Positions 1-13,493 of a stretch of DNA of 64,000 bases are shown here, one piece after another. The DNA is from Anthoceros angustus (taxonomy: Eukaryota > Plantae > Anthocerotophyta). Each line of letters starts with the position of its first letter. Position 1 is the first letter of the stretch. The stretch spans positions 827,086-891,085 of the forward strand of contig VJWM01000016.1 of NCBI GenBank assembly GCA_010909165.1. Reading direction: 5' to 3'. Position numbers and translations under genes: made by a program. The notes beneath the pieces were generated by a model. The model was not told where the DNA came from and ran no database searches. It saw nothing but the letters and a program-made list of their open reading frames with translations.

Positions 1-1281
1 AATTTCGAACTCTACAATTTTTGCGGATTTCACCAATTGTGCCCAGCTTGACTGCAACGGAGCTGAGCCTGATCATGGCGTTGGTGAACTTGAGCGACCA
101 AAACGGGTCGTTCTGGGAGTTGAGTGTGGCAGTGAACTGCGTGAGCACATCGTTGTGGAGAACTTGGTCTGAGGTCATGAGGCCCTGGTTGGCCAGCAGA
201 TTGGTGTAGTAGTTGTTGTCGAATACGAGGGGCGTGCTCACGTCCAAGGGCACCGTAGTGTCGGGGTTGGCGTTGGGCGGGCACAGTTGCTTCAGCTTGG
301 CTGCGTACACCGGGTCCAGTGAAGAATCCGTCCTGGAAGTGAGGTTGAAGTTGTAAAGGCGGCTGGAGAAGGAGGAGCAGTGCGCCCTCCCGATGGTGTG
401 CGCTCCTGCAATTGCAAGCATCGAGTAATAATGCAGACTCAGAACGTCATTCCACTTCCATGGCAGTGATCGAGCTGGGCCAGGCGCACTACCTGAGAGC
501 GTGATCATCTCGTCCTGAGTGAGCCCTTTATTTGCGAAGCTCTGCGTGAGCTGCTGCACATTGGCGGTGGCTGGAGGAAGGTTGAGCAGCGCATCCGGGT
601 TGAGCGAGATCCTACCGTCTCTGCGCCCGGTCGGTACCTGCCATGTTGGTCCCCCGGACTGCGGACAAGCACAAACAAGGTAAGGACTCACTAACACATC
701 TCCAACTGCTCGCAACTGTTTGTAATGTAAACGACAACCATCGCGGGGCTCACGGTTTTGATCTCTTACAATCACGACCGAGTCCCGCGCAGCAAGAGCC
801 ACGATGTCCGCACACGACACGATGCCCGGGCAGGCAGCTTCCAGAGCCGTCTTCGCCGCATCGATCACCTGGTAGCCGCGGATGGACAGATTGGGAGTGG
901 CATCCTTCTCGGCCAGGGGAAACCCGGACGTGGAGTCGAGGAGCAAAGAACCGTCGCATCCCTGCAGACACACGCACATGCGGAATGTGTAGCATACTTC
1001 ATCACACACGCAGTTGAAAAGCTTTAAGACAGCAGCATCTCCACCTGCACAAAACAGTCGTGGAAGTGGAGGCGGAGAAGCGAAGCCGGCAGAGTAGGAT
1101 CGCTATTCGCAAATTTCTTCACCGTGGTGTTCACAATACTCTCGGCACTGGGACAGTTCACGTTGTAGAAGCCGACGAAGAACTGCGCCTGCACCGTCCC
1201 GAGCCCCAGCAGCAGGACGACGGCTGCTACCGCGGCCCCCCTGCTGTGCTCCGCCATGGCCATGGATCCCGTCCCGCTCAT
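1..1281 (-). CDS. Class III secretory peroxidase, 4 exons; the stop codon lies just beyond the window edge
   Basis: Signal peptide, then [25 protein letters not shown]|GCDGSLLL (distal His), [21 protein letters not shown]|GAHTIG (proximal His), FDNNYY and GEIRKNCR. Three GT-AG introns at the usual class III positions. Confidence 0.96.
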
Positions 1282-1951
1282 TCCTTCCTCGACCTCAGCA
1301 GCTTCTTCACCCGGGAGTAGACCGACACGCCGGCAGTGTGATGCGGAGCGGATCCTAACACCAGCGGAGCGCCGGAAGCTTCCGGCATCGCAGAGTCAGA
1401 GAGCGCTACAACGACCTGCGCTCATACAGCTGTAGCGGTAGTCGGACTCCACAGACTTTTTTGTTGCACCTGCTTCGAACTGCAGAATCAGCCACTCCCG
1501 GCCACATCATTCAATGCTGCAGCCTGCAGCAGAGGCGGCCGGACTGGACGCCGCGGCGGGACGTACGAGCATTCAAGGAAGCAACAACTGCACTGAATGC
1601 GCTTGCCGTGCTGCTCTCGGGACTCATCCGCTTCGTGTTTGCACTCGCTTTGATGGCAGCCAGGCTGTTTACTGGACATGTGACACCTCCACCAACCCCC
1701 CTGCGCTCGTCCTGCCCCGTCTGGATGCATTCTCCACAGCATGTCTGTTTTGTACACTGTACACTCCACGCCGCATTCAAGGCTCCGTCCTTTGCTGTGG
1801 CAAGCTTCAAATCTCCAACTTGCTGATGTTATCTAAACGCGCTCAACAAACTTTTACTCCCATCCCCGCAGAAACTGGTCCACAAAAATTCTCCCGAATG
1901 CGCGAAATGTTGGAAGCAAGGTAGACCTCACACACAACACAAACCCTAGCC

Positions 1952-2746
1952 ATGCTGAGGGCAACCTTCCTGAGCAGGACCTTCCGGACGTGCGAACTGT
2001 CCGGCCAGCTCGGTCGGAGGAAGGTGATCCTCAGCGGGAGCAGGCTGAGCACGTCGACGATGACGCAAGCGGCAGGCGGGAGCAGCAGGAGCCCGTCAGA
2101 GACGAAGCAGCTCGTAGACCGGATGCACGCACTGCTGGACGGGCAGCCTATGCATGCGTGGGATAAGCTGTGGGCGGAGAATGTAGTGCCGTGGGATCTG
2201 GGGAAGGTGACTCCGGTGGTGGCAAGCCTGGTGCGGGAGGGGAAGCTGCCGGAAGGCCGAGCCCTGGTCCCCGGGTGCGGAGCCGGGCACGATGTCGTTG
2301 CCCTGGCCGGGCCGGCAAGGCACGTCGTCGGCCTGGATATTTCAGACACGGCTGTGGCCATCGCCAGATCCCTGTCTGCCGGTGTCGCCAACTCGGAGTT
2401 TGCGGAGTTTATTGTGCACGACTTTTTCACATATGCTCCTGCAGCTCCCTTTGATCTCATCTTTGATTACACCTTCTTCTGCGCCATGGACCCTCCGTTG
2501 CGGCCAGCGTGGGCCAAGAAAACGGCAGAGCTGCTTGCACCAGACGGCCTCCTGGTCACGCTCATGTACCCTATAGCGGAGTACGCTGGTGGCCCTCCGT
2601 TTGCTGTGTCCGTGGAAGCGTACGAGCAGGTTCTGCTCCCCCTGGGATTCAAGCCTGTGTTTAGCGAGGAGAATCGCCTCAGCGTCGAGGCTCGCCAGGG
2701 TCGCGAAATTCTGTCGTTTTGGAGAAGAAGCAAGTCCAACATGTGA
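1952..2746 (+). CDS. Thiol/thiocyanate/halide methyltransferase (HOL / TPMT-like), intronless, with a probable N-terminal transit peptide
   Basis: 264-aa ORF with PWDLG, GRALVPGCGAGHDV (SAM motif I), FDLIFDYTFFCA and GGPPF. The N-terminus is R/S/T-rich. Confidence 0.92.
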   Translation: MLRATFLSRTFRTCELSGQLGRRKVILSGSRLSTSTMTQAAGGSSRSPSETKQLVDRMHALLDGQPMHAWDKLWAENVVPWDLGKVTPVVASLVREGKLPEGRALVPGCGAGHDVVALAGPARHVVGLDISDTAVAIARSLSAGVANSEFAEFIVHDFFTYAPAAPFDLIFDYTFFCAMDPPLRPAWAKKTAELLAPDGLLVTLMYPIAEYAGGPPFAVSVEAYEQVLLPLGFKPVFSEENRLSVEARQGREILSFWRRSKSNM

Positions 2747-2968
2747 TAGACGTCGAGCCGCGTAGTATAAACCCAGTTGGTTTTAGGGATAAGTCTACCC
2801 TAAAATGCCCGCTATCGTTTTAGCACAGCCACTGAGCAGTTGTCGTCGGTTTATAATGTTTTCATGTTCTCCGTTCAAAAGCTACTAAGCTACTTATAAC
2901 ACGCATTGCCTAATGTACTGATACACCAAAAGGAAACGGCTTCCCGACCCCGTGAGCGGGTCGTGGAG

Positions 2969-4863
2969 ATGGACACCACCGTTGAGCTCCTGACAGAGCA
3001 AGAATCCGCCGTGTACGATCGCCAAATTCGGGTGTGGGGAGTTGATGCTCAGAGACGGTGCGTGTCTAACAGGATCTGTCATGCCATGCCGGGATATTGA
3101 TGGTTGGCGGGTTTTCAATTGTGCTCCTGATGCTGCAGGCTAGGCAAGGCCCGGGTGCTGGTGGTGGGAATTACGGGGGTTGTTGCGGAGGTGAGACTTT
3201 TCGTTTCTTGCAGCTGCTGCGACTTCACGGTTGTCTGACACGGCAATTGGTGGCATTGCCATGGTTGACTTCTGCTTCTCCTGCGGTGTCTGGTGTTGTG
3301 TGGGTTGCTCGGTGATGCTCCGAAATGCTGCAGACGTGCAAGAACATTGTGCTAGCAGGAGTCGGGGCTGTGACGTTGCTGGATGATGCGCCAGTCACTC
3401 TGGCTGCAGCGCAGTCCAACTTCCTCATCCCGTGGGAAGAGCTCGATCGCTCTGGGCAGACTATTGGTGCCGTTTGTGCCGATTCTTTGAAGGATTTCAA
3501 CCCTATGGTGAAGGTGTCAGTGGTGACAGGTGAGTGGCCTCCCTCTACTTGTTACAGCTTTCCCCTTCTGTCAGCTCAGGACCGATGCCAGCGATGATGA
3601 TGTCAAGTAGGGATGCAGGTGGCGTTGCCGAGAAGCCTGATGAGTTCTGGGACAGCTACGATGCAGTAGTTCTTGGGCGTGTTCCTCTGGATCTCAGGGT
3701 TTGGTGCTTAGTCCCGTTTGTTCTTCAGCTTGTCTGTTGTTCTGGTGCCCTGTCTGTCTCAGGGTGCTAAGTAGCAGGACTGACCCCCGGATGTGTAACT
3801 TGTGTGGCAGATTCGCATCAACTCCGTCTGCCGGCATCGGCCAAAAAAAGTCGCTTTCTATTGGGTTGAGTGTCGAGGTTCATGTGGAACCATCTTCGTG
3901 GATCTGCATAGGCATTCATATGCTCCTAAGGTGCTGGGTGCATGCTTCCTATCCACATTTGCTGCTTCTAGCTGTAATGCCTTTCCACTGAGTTCATGCC
4001 TGATTTTCTCCTTCTTCACGCAGAAGGAAGGCGATGCCATGGATGCTATCTCGGAGATAGTGTTTCCAAGCCTCTTGGTTTACTCCTTCTCCCTTTTTGG
4101 TTGCTTTGCTTAATTGTTCTTCCTGACTGGCACCACTGATTTGAGGGTTAAATGCTTGGACAGGAGTCTTTGAGCGTGCAATGGAAAAGCTTACCGAAAC
4201 GAACCAGCAAACTTTTCTTTGCCATGAGAGGTACTGCTGATAGGCGTGTGGAACTGAATTTGGCACCTGTAACCTTGTGTTGTACAACTTTACATTCTGT
4301 TATCATGCAACGCGAATATCGAGAACTCATTCTGACCCAATCCTTGGCTCACAACTGGGTTCTTCAGTCATCGAAGAATTTGAGCAGGGTAAGGCAAATG
4401 AACCCAGCCACGATGGAGCTGCTGGAATACAAACTTTCAGCAAGATACTGTGCAAGGCCCAGGCAAGTCTTCTGGCAGGTTCTACCAGAACTCTAACAGC
4501 TCTCAGAAAGGTTTTGTAGTTCAGAAAGCTTAAAAAGTGTGGTCACACTCTTCTCCTGCAGGGAGTTTCGGAGTCCCTAGTTCCTGAATCTCTTCTGCGA
4601 AGAATACTCAGTGCAGGCACCAGAGAGCTACCCCCGGTTTGTGCCATCCTGGGCGGTATTTTAGGACAGGTCAGAAACTTCCTTTAAGTCTTTTGGGATG
4701 CTGTCCGTTGCGTAACGTGTGGTCTTGCTGAACTATTTGTGCTCTTGCCTCACAGGAAATATTGAGGGCTGTGTCGGGTAAAGGAGAACCCCTTAGAAAC
4801 TTCTTCTTCTTTGATGCTCACGATGGGAAGGGTGTCATCGAGGCCATCCTACCAGCTGTATGA
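2969..4863 (+). CDS. SAE1: SUMO-activating enzyme subunit 1 (SAE1/AOS1), multi-exon
   Basis: LTEQESAVYDRQIRVWGVDAQRR, CKNIVLAGVGAVTL, LKDFNPMVKVS, PPVCAILGGILGQ|EILRAVSGKGEPLRNFFFFD; TGA at 4861-4863. Confidence 0.93.
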
Positions 4864-5222
4864 TGTGGGTCGGATTCATATGTGTCCCTTCGTGACTTGT
4901 CTGGCCTAGGGTTCTGTAAGTCAGGAATGGCGAAGGGACAAAAACTCGTAACTGGAAAGTGAGTGATTCGGTTGGGAAATCTCTTTGGGTTTTATTATCT
5001 TGTCTACCTATTTTGTGGATACGGCTGACAATGAAACAACCACGTTTTTCCACAAACGTGCGTTGAAATTTGGGTGCCTGATATTACATAGTAGGCAAGT
5101 GAGCACCTATCTATGTACATTTTACATGTAATGCGCGCCGGATACATCGCTCGCGTCCGAGGTTGTAAGTGTGAAGCACCGCCAGCATGCAAGCTCGCTA
5201 GCACTGTGGTGGTGCGGCAACG

Positions 5223-8200
5223 ATGGCTGCGGCGGAAGTGGCTGCGCTACCGCTAGGCGCTCCAGTGGCGGTGGAAGTAGAGCCTCAAGCCAGTTCTTCA
5301 CCAGATGCGAAGAAGGATGACAATTGGCGGCCCGCGCCTGAGCAGCCCCAGCCTCTGAGGGAGGCATTCGTCCAGAACGCAGTGAATTTTCTCTCGCACC
5401 CGAAAGTGAAGGGCTCCAGCGTGCAGCATCGCCTCAAATTCTTAGAGACCAAGGGCCTCACCAAGGACGAGATTGATGAAGCCTTTAGGCGAGTTCCGGT
5501 GTGTAAATCGGCATTCCCTTGTCTGATCAAGGAATGATTTTGCCTGTTGAAAGCAAGGGGATGACCGGTGCACGCATCGCAAGTCATGGTTCAATTCGGC
5601 GTGCTGATTTTGATGTTGTGATCGAGAGCAATGTAGGTGCACTGACGGGGCTCCTTTGTGCTGTAGGATCCACCCTCAGCTACCACGGCCATTCCACTCG
5701 CACCTCGAGGTACTTGGTAGATCAAATTTGGTTGTCATCTCCACATTTGATAACTGTGAGGAGGCGGCTGAGGTAGGCAGTCTTGTATGAGCAGAATCAG
5801 CTGTATCCGGAGCTGCACCTGGCTACCAGATTGCACCTGGCTACCAGATTGCACCTGCTTCCCAAGTTGGACCTCTAGCGCAAGCGCTCCCCACTCAGCA
5901 GCAGCAGCTAGCGTTAGCGCCGAAGCGGCCGGGATGGACACAAATGGTTGTGGCGGTTGGCGTGCTTGCTTGTGCTGGTGCTGGCACTGGTGTGTTGGTC
6001 AAGGTAGGGTCTTATGAACTTCCTCGGGTGCTCTTTCCAGGTTATTGATTTTGAGCTTGGTTTTACTGTAAGGTGTTCGTGATTTTGTGCATGGTGCGGT
6101 CATTGTTCGCAGAGGTGGCTGATTCCGAAGTTGAAGAACTGGATTCGACGCGTCGCACTTGATGGAACACCTGAGCAAAAGAAAGCGGCCCAGGAAGATG
6201 ATGCTGCAAATGTGTCAGCAGTGACAGCAACTGCTGCTGCTGTGGCAGCGGCTGCCTCTGAGGTGGCAGCAGCGACACAAGAGATTGTTCGCTCCCGGGT
6301 TGAAGGTTGTTGCTTTTAAGCCCTCGCTGCTGCTTCCAGCTAATACTAGGTACTTACCCTCGCAATGCTCATTCCTTTGCTCCATGCCACAGAGCGGGAG
6401 TATCGGAACGAGTTTATTAATGCACTGGACGCACGGACAACCAGCCTGAAGGCAGCCCTGACTGTCGTGCAAGAGGCAATGCAAAATATCGAGGCATCAC
6501 GACAGGTTTCACCAGATTCCCGTGACCTTCTTAGAGACCGGGTAAACACAGGTTCCGAGAGTTTCAACTGGGCAGCTCGGCCAGGTTGGTTCATTATGCG
6601 GATTGTGATTGTCATTCAAATGGTTGCCTGTAGAAAATATAGCTCACGTCTGTTTATGGGCACAGTTGCGGCAACCAACTTTGAAGCTCAATATGCAGCC
6701 AGGAATTCCATCGTAAAGGTGTGGTGCTTCTCGTCGAATAACCGATTCATCAACCATATCTCATTCACTGTTCTCTTTCTGGAACATTTACACTCAGCTG
6801 TTCGTGTTTTCTGTGTGTTTTATGTGTCTAGTCTGCCAAGGGTGGCCTCGCAACAGAGCTACACAGGCCTTCATCCGGCCATCATGTGCAGACAGGTTTA
6901 ATTTGTGAAAAGTCTTTTCTTGGGTTCATATATTGAGTAAAGATCAATTCATCCGACTTCAGTGGGAGATACAGCTGCTGGGACAGCTTATTCCAACTTG
7001 ATGTGCGTCTGCCTGTGCAGCAAACCTATTGCGCGGCGCTGGGATGCATGGTCCTTCAAGAATGGATGAGGTTTGTCCAGTCATGAAGGCTTTGAAGTGT
7101 CTTGAATGATGGGTGGGTGGGCCACTGTTTGTGTTTGACTGCCACCTCTTATGTCGGACTTCACTTTAGATTGGCTTGGCTACCTTGGTTTCTCTTGAGC
7201 CTCACAACTTCCCTTTCAGTGGTGTTTTCTTTGGTCCTTGAAAGAAGCATATCCTAGCACCCAGTCAGCTTTTGTGGTATTCGTCTAGTTTTCATCACCT
7301 GAATGTGAGAGCAAAGTTGACCGAGGTAGTAGTAGCCATCATGCTAGGCAGCATGTAGTAAGAACGGCTTTCTGTTTGATTTTGAGCTTGGTTTTACTGT
7401 AAGGTGTTCGTGATTTTGTGCATGGTGCGGTCATTGTTCGCAGAGGTGGCTGATTCCGAAGTTGAAGAACTGGATTCGACGCGTCGCACTTGATGGAACA
7501 CCTGAGCAAAAGAAAGCGGCCCAGGAAGATGATGCTGCAAATGTGTCAGCAGTGACAGCAACTGCTGCTGCTGTGGCAGCTGCCTCTGAGGTGGCAGCAG
7601 CAGCGACACAAGAGATTATTCGCTCCGGGTTGAAGGTTGTTGCTTTTAAGCCCTCGCTGCTGCTTCCAGCTAATACTAGGTACTTACCCTCGCAATGCTC
7701 ATTCCTTTGCTCCATGCCACAGAGCGGGAGTATCGGAACGAGTTTATTAATGCACTGGACGCACGGACAACCAGCCTGAAGGCAGCCCTGACTGTCGTGC
7801 AAGAGGCAATGCAAAATATCGAGGCATCACGACAGGTTTCACCAGATTCCCGTGACCTTCTTAGAGACCGGGTAAACACAGGTTCGAGAGTTTCAACTGG
7901 GCAGCTCAGCCAGGTTGGTTCATTATGCGGATTGTGATTGTCATTCAAATGGTTGCCTGTAGAAAATATAGCTCACGTCTGTTTATGGGCACAGTTGCGG
8001 CAACCAACTTTGAAGCTCAATATGCAGCCAGGAATTCCATCGTAAAGGTGTGGTGCTTCTCGTCGAATAACCGATTCATCAACCATATCTCATTCACTGT
8101 TCTCTTTCTGGAACATTTACACTCAGCTGTTCGTGTTTTTCTGTGTGTTTTTATGTGTCTAGTCTGCCAAGGGTGGCCTCGCAACAGAGCTACACAGGCC

Positions 8201-9672
8201 TTCATCCGGCCATCATGTGCAGACAGGTTTAATTTGTGAAAAGTCTTTTCTTGGGTTCATATATTGAGTAAAGATCAATTCATCCGACTTCAGTGGGAGA
8301 TACAGCTGCTGGGACAGCTTATTCCAACTTGATGTGCGTCTGCCTGTGCAGCAAACCTATTGCGCGGCGCTGGGATGCATGGTCCTTCAAGAATGGATGA
8401 GGTTTGTCCAGTCATGAAGGCTTTGAAGTGTCTTGAATGATGGGTGGGTGGGCCACTGTTTGTGTTTGACTGCCACCTCTTATGTCGGACTTCACTTTAG
8501 ATTGGCTTGGCTACCTTGGTTTCTCTTGAGCCTCACAACTTCCCTTTCAGTGGTGTTTTCTTTGGTCCTTGAAAGAAGCATATCCTAGCACCCAGTCAGC
8601 TTTTTGTGGTATTCGTCTAGTTTTCATCACCTGAATGTGAGAGCAAAGTTGACCGAGGTAGTAGTAGCCATCATGCTAGGCAGCATGTAGTAAGAACGGC
8701 TTTCTGTTTGATTTGAGTCCAGGTTGTGGCAAAGTTGGAGCGAGGTGAACCTTTTCCTGATATACGGGTATGCTATCCTGAAATTTGAGCTGGAGCTGTG
8801 GTGTGACGACAAGTTCTAGTATGTTTGCACTTCACTGCCAAACAGCTGAGATCAACCGATTGGATGGAGTGCAGGCTGTTGATGACAAACCTCCCAATCC
8901 CATGCAAGAGCCATCATCCCCTAAGTTGCAACCCAGGCAAAAGGTCTGTAATGTGTGGACTCCTTACAAAGGGCAAAATGGGTATCTGATTAGTGGTCGT
9001 ACTGCTAGGCAATCTCTCCTGATTGTGTCATGGCAACAAGGTCTCTGGTCTCGTTTACTGGTTTCTAGTGATTTCAAGTGCTCTACCAACCAGCTAGGCA
9101 TGTTCTGACATGGTTTTTCTCTACTGTTCGCATGACTCTTTTTTTGGCAGCCTTGGGAAGTAGCTGTATCAGCAGCCCTGAAACCTCGTGAACCTGACAC
9201 GCTTTCTATTGGGCAGTCTGCTATGGTTAGCGAGAGACTTGATGCTGTCGATTGGCCTTCCTCTTCGTGGGCAGCTGGATCTGTCTACCCTTCCGCTGAA
9301 GGGCCTTCCTCTTCGTGGGCAGCTGGACCAGCTGCTGGCATAACTGAACAGGATTCTGCTGGGCGTGGGAAGCACTCTTCCACGGAAATTGGAGTCCGGA
9401 CCAACAGTCCAGGCCCAGTAGGCAAGAGGTGGGTTCCCCCACCCATGCCACCAAGTGCCCTACCAGCGCTCATCTCCTCTGCTCAGCTGGATGGAGAGCG
9501 AGTGGAGTCTGGCGTTGCCTCGTCTGAAGTTCCAACAGCTGTAAAGCAGGAGCCGGTCGACAAGTTCGAGGCAGCGGTGACGATTCCAGCAGCTGGAGAC
9601 AGCCCAGGACAAGCAGAAGCTGCCCCGGAGAGTGATAATCCTCACGAGAGCGGAGGCGCAGGATCAGCGTAG
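5223..9672 (+). CDS. PEX14: Peroxisomal membrane protein PEX14, multi-exon
   Basis: Pex14_N motif REAFVQNAVNFLSHPKVKGSSVQHRLKFLETKGLTKDEIDEAFRRVP, a transmembrane exon, an Ala-rich/coiled-coil region, plant-type DDKPPNP...PRQK|PWE, and WVPPPMP in the last exon. Confidence 0.9.
6046..8710 (+). repeat. ~1.33-kb near-identical tandem duplication inside PEX14 (6046-7376 / 7377-8710)
   Basis: TGATTTTGAGCTTGGTTTTACTGTAAGG begins both units. The units differ mostly by 1-3-bp indels, and the ORF track repeats accordingly. Confidence 0.95.
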
Positions 9673-9681
9673 AAAGTTCGA

Positions 9682-9780
9682 GAGCTAGGAGATTGAACAC
9701 TGGGATCAGCTAGGAGAAAGAACAATGGGATCAGCTAGGAGATTGAACAATGGGATCAGCTAGGAGACCGAACGATGAGA
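9682..9780 (+). repeat. ~25-bp tandem minisatellite (GGGATCAGCTAGGAGA..GAACAAT), about 4 copies, just after the PEX14 stop codon
   Basis: Read directly from the sequence. Confidence 0.8.
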
Positions 9781-10291
9781 GGACAATCGTTCATCTGGGA
9801 GACAATGAAGGCGAAAATTGCTTGACATAGGAGATGGGAAGCTGGCGGTGGTGATCTCGAGATTGAACCAATGGTGGGATACTCGGTCCCTTGCTCTCCG
9901 TCTGTGAAAGGCGAGGTGAAGCGTCTCCGCATGTACGAATGATGGACAGAGCTGAACAAGCTCGGCAACATTACCTACCATCAAAGTTGAAGCATGATCG
10001 GAGATTTGGTTTTGAAAGATAAGCAGTGCTTCGTGCGGTCATTGTGGAGAAAGGAGAAATTGAACCTGTGCTCTTCGTCTGTAATGGGAAAAGTGAAGCG
10101 CCTACGCATGTACGCGTGATTAACACACTTAATCAAGGTCCCAATCACCTAACAGACTGGTGTGGAATAGTACGGGCACGAAATGATTCGGAATTTTTTA
10201 TGTTAACCCCGGATGGATTTTACGTGTCTTTTCTTTCCTTAAGGCGTTTAGTAACACTCCCTTTTCAGCGAGGTGCGTTGTTGCTGCTGTT

Positions 10292-10901
10292 TATTCCAGC
10301 AAGAGTCAGTAAGAATACATGAGAGATGATAGAGAGCTCCCCATCTTTGCCTAACCTAAAAACTTAGCTCTCTCCCCTCGATCTCCTCTTCAAACAGCTT
10401 TCTTCTAGCACGCTCACACTCTAGGCTTCCAAAGCCTTTAGACACGTTAGTCCTATCCTCACAAGAGTGTAGCTCCAAATGCTAGGATCACAGGATGCTC
10501 CTCCCTAGGGCTAGCCTCATCTCCTTTTACAGGGAGGCTTACATCATTCTCAAAGTAAATGCCTAAAGCAGACTTTCTTTCTTAAGCCTTAAGCTAAGTC
10601 TTACCACCACTACTTACAACTTACTAAACTGGATCCAGCAGCCATGAATCTAGTCTAGTAAGTTATGTGATTAGTGGTAATAAGGCTTAAATGAGGCCCT
10701 GAATCATGTTTAGTAAGTTATGTGACTAGTGCTAGTCAGGCTTAGTTTAGGGCTTGAAGAAGATAGTCTGCGTAAGGCAGTTACTTGGGGAACGATGTAA
10801 GGCTCCTAATTAGGGGTAAGGCGAGCTCTAGATGGGTCATCCTAGTATTGATCCTAGTACTGGGGCCATATTCTTGTGAGGCTAGGTTGTGGAAGCCTAA
10901 A
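10292..10901. repeat. Non-autonomous/foldback repeat, left part, interrupted by the transposon
   Basis: 10292-10487 is a direct repeat of 23536-23730. 10448-10640 is an inverted copy of 23331-23537 and is also imperfectly inverted locally at ~10700-10900. Confidence 0.75.
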
Positions 10902-10927
10902 AACAAGGTCTCCTAAGACCTGGAGAC
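10902..10927 (+). repeat. Left terminal inverted repeat
   Basis: AACAAGGTCTCCTAAGACCTGGAGAC. Confidence 0.85.
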
Positions 10928-13493
10928 ACACCCCTCTTTTTAGAGACAGAGGTCGAAATGACCAAATTTTACATTTGAAATCAAATCAAATCGTGATTTC
11001 GTGGGTTTTCGACACAAGGGTCAAAAACACACATCGCAGATAACCAGGTTTTCATAACACCATTTCTAGCTTTATCATGCCATTTGATCTTGCAAATAAT
11101 GGTCCTCGGTTGGATCAAGTTTGAAAATACCCGCGTTTTCAGCACTTTCAAGGACACTTTTCCAAAATCGGTTAGTCTTTCAAAATCGCCAAGTTTGTGA
11201 CGCTTTTTGAATATATGTACTAAGGGTCAAAGTCCAGACGAGACTAATGTTGTGGATACATTTCATTTCCTTCACATGCCCCTCATGTCCAGACATCCCC
11301 CGAACGGTGTCTTTAAATATGTGGCAACGTGAAAGTTCAAGTTCAATATGTCTCTACATGTCACTATACATAATACAACAAATGCATCAACACATGTCAT
11401 TTGGTATCCAAGTGGTGAATTAGATGTATAATTTAGCCAAATGTAAACTAACTAATCGCCTTCTACGCATTTGCCATCCGAAATACACGACACAAGGCGA
11501 GCTTAAAACCCGAACACACATCACTAGACCAGACAGTAGGAGCCAGTGATTTACTTCACTTATAAAAGGGATAGCTTAAACACCGCCAAGTCTTGTCATG
11601 AGCAGTCGAGCAGGACAAGGCGAAAGAAAACAGTTGGCCAAAACCCGGATGTCCGGTGAGCACCAGCCCACACAATGCCCATATTGACCATGCTTTAAAC
11701 GATGTACCCCACGTCAAAGACCAAAGTGTGTGTAAAGGATTCAACAAAAGCACTATTCCCGATTGAGTGAGCATCTGTTGCGAGAAACCAAAACCAATAG
11801 TGCTCATTCCTAGGCTAGTCTCCGAAGCTGTACACTCTCTACGCCTGAATGCACCACCTGAACAAGAAACCAACACTAGCGGCAGTCAAACCAGATGTGC
11901 CATTTGCTTTTGCATCAACACCATCAAATATCCGCAGAGAACACAACCACAAGCAACGATGTAAACATCGATTCGGTAATCTCGAAGGCGAAACCATACT
12001 TGCCATCCTCACTCGGGCTCGGCCTTCACGGTCGCTCCCTCCACGCCAAGGCCTTGGCTTTTCCTGCGACCATCACTGTGGCTAGCTCCCTCGCCTCCTT
12101 CTCGCCCATACGTCGTCTTGACATCCAACTCCTCCAGACAACTCCGCATCTCCGGCTTCACCGCCAAATATGGTCTCGAATCTTGTAGCTCCCTTTTCAT
12201 TGTCTTCACCTCCTCCCGGCAAGTGAGAGGTCACGGGTTATATCCCTTGGCTTTCCACCCTCATCCCCTCGGGAAGGGTCCACACCCCTAGCGGCTCCCT
12301 TAAGGCCACCGACACCCACCTCCCCTTGAACCAACAGGCTTGGGGTGAGGAAAGCAGGTGCCAGGCGGATCGCAGCGACATTGCCTCGCGTGTTGGACCC
12401 CTGAGGCCCCGAGGAGGTCTTCCTCCTAGCCCTCTTCTGCGATGTCGTGAGATGTCACCGTGGGGTGACGTAGCCGCCTCGTTCTCATCGCAATCGTGGA
12501 GAACTAGCCGCACAAAGGCGGGTGCCACAAGTCCGAGGTTAGTAGCGGCGGCTCTGACCAGCAGGCGAAGCGAGCACCGGCCAGGCGAGCGGTGCGCCCG
12601 GCCTGGCACCACCAGGCGAAGCCTTTTGCTGTTCCAATCTCCGATAGCGCTGCAAATGGTCCTCCTCAACCAACACGCACCACTCGCCACCCAAGGCCAC
12701 CACGCCCCGCTCACCCCCAGTGGCACTCAGTAGCCAGATCGCCAACCACGGCAAGCGCAGCTCTTGGAGCGTGATGGAAAATAAAAGAAGAGTGAGGGCA
12801 AGAGGGGGAGTACCGGCCGGAGGAGGGTTTACGCTCGGTCTCTCCCCATTCCTTCCCATCCTACATACAATTGTCGAAGCGCCACACTGCGGCCGAAAAA
12901 AGTACACGGGCCATACACCGACAAGTGTGAAACCTTACAAAAACATGATACGTGTTACAAGCTGTGCCGGATGTCCGGTGGAGAAGCCACGAGACTCAAC
13001 CACATTTGCCAACACTCCAAAAGCACACATCCTAATAAAACAAACCACCTTCACATAACTAGAAATCACCGTCTATGACCTCAGCTCTCTCCCGACCAAC
13101 ATCAAAATTCTGAATTCTAGGTGGGTTAGGATCTGGCTCCTCACCGGAGTCCACACCGCCATCAAGTCCACCAAATAATCAACAGATGCATCAGAGGATT
13201 CAATGTTGTCCAGGTCTTCCGAATCAATCCGCTCATCACCAGTTTCATCACCATCACAGGAGGAAGCACCGCTTCCTCACTAGGCTCGCCGTAACTCAAA
13301 GACCTTCCTCTTCAACATATCCATGGTGTTTTTGCTTAAAGTCCTGCTCCTCGTCAACACAAAATCGTAACCCATGATCGTGGTCTCCAAAAGCTTGATG
13401 GCTTGGACATGTTTCTTCAAAGGATTCCGCGCCTACCTTTCCGTGACTGGTGGGTACTGCACCCATTCCTCCGAGTACCTACCCTCAAGTGCA

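Noticed and set aside
9682-9780. CRISPR-like short repeats (also 22909-23010, 23781-23913 and 37688-37755)
   Set aside because: Head-to-tail minisatellites without unique spacers, in eukaryotic DNA, with no cas genes.
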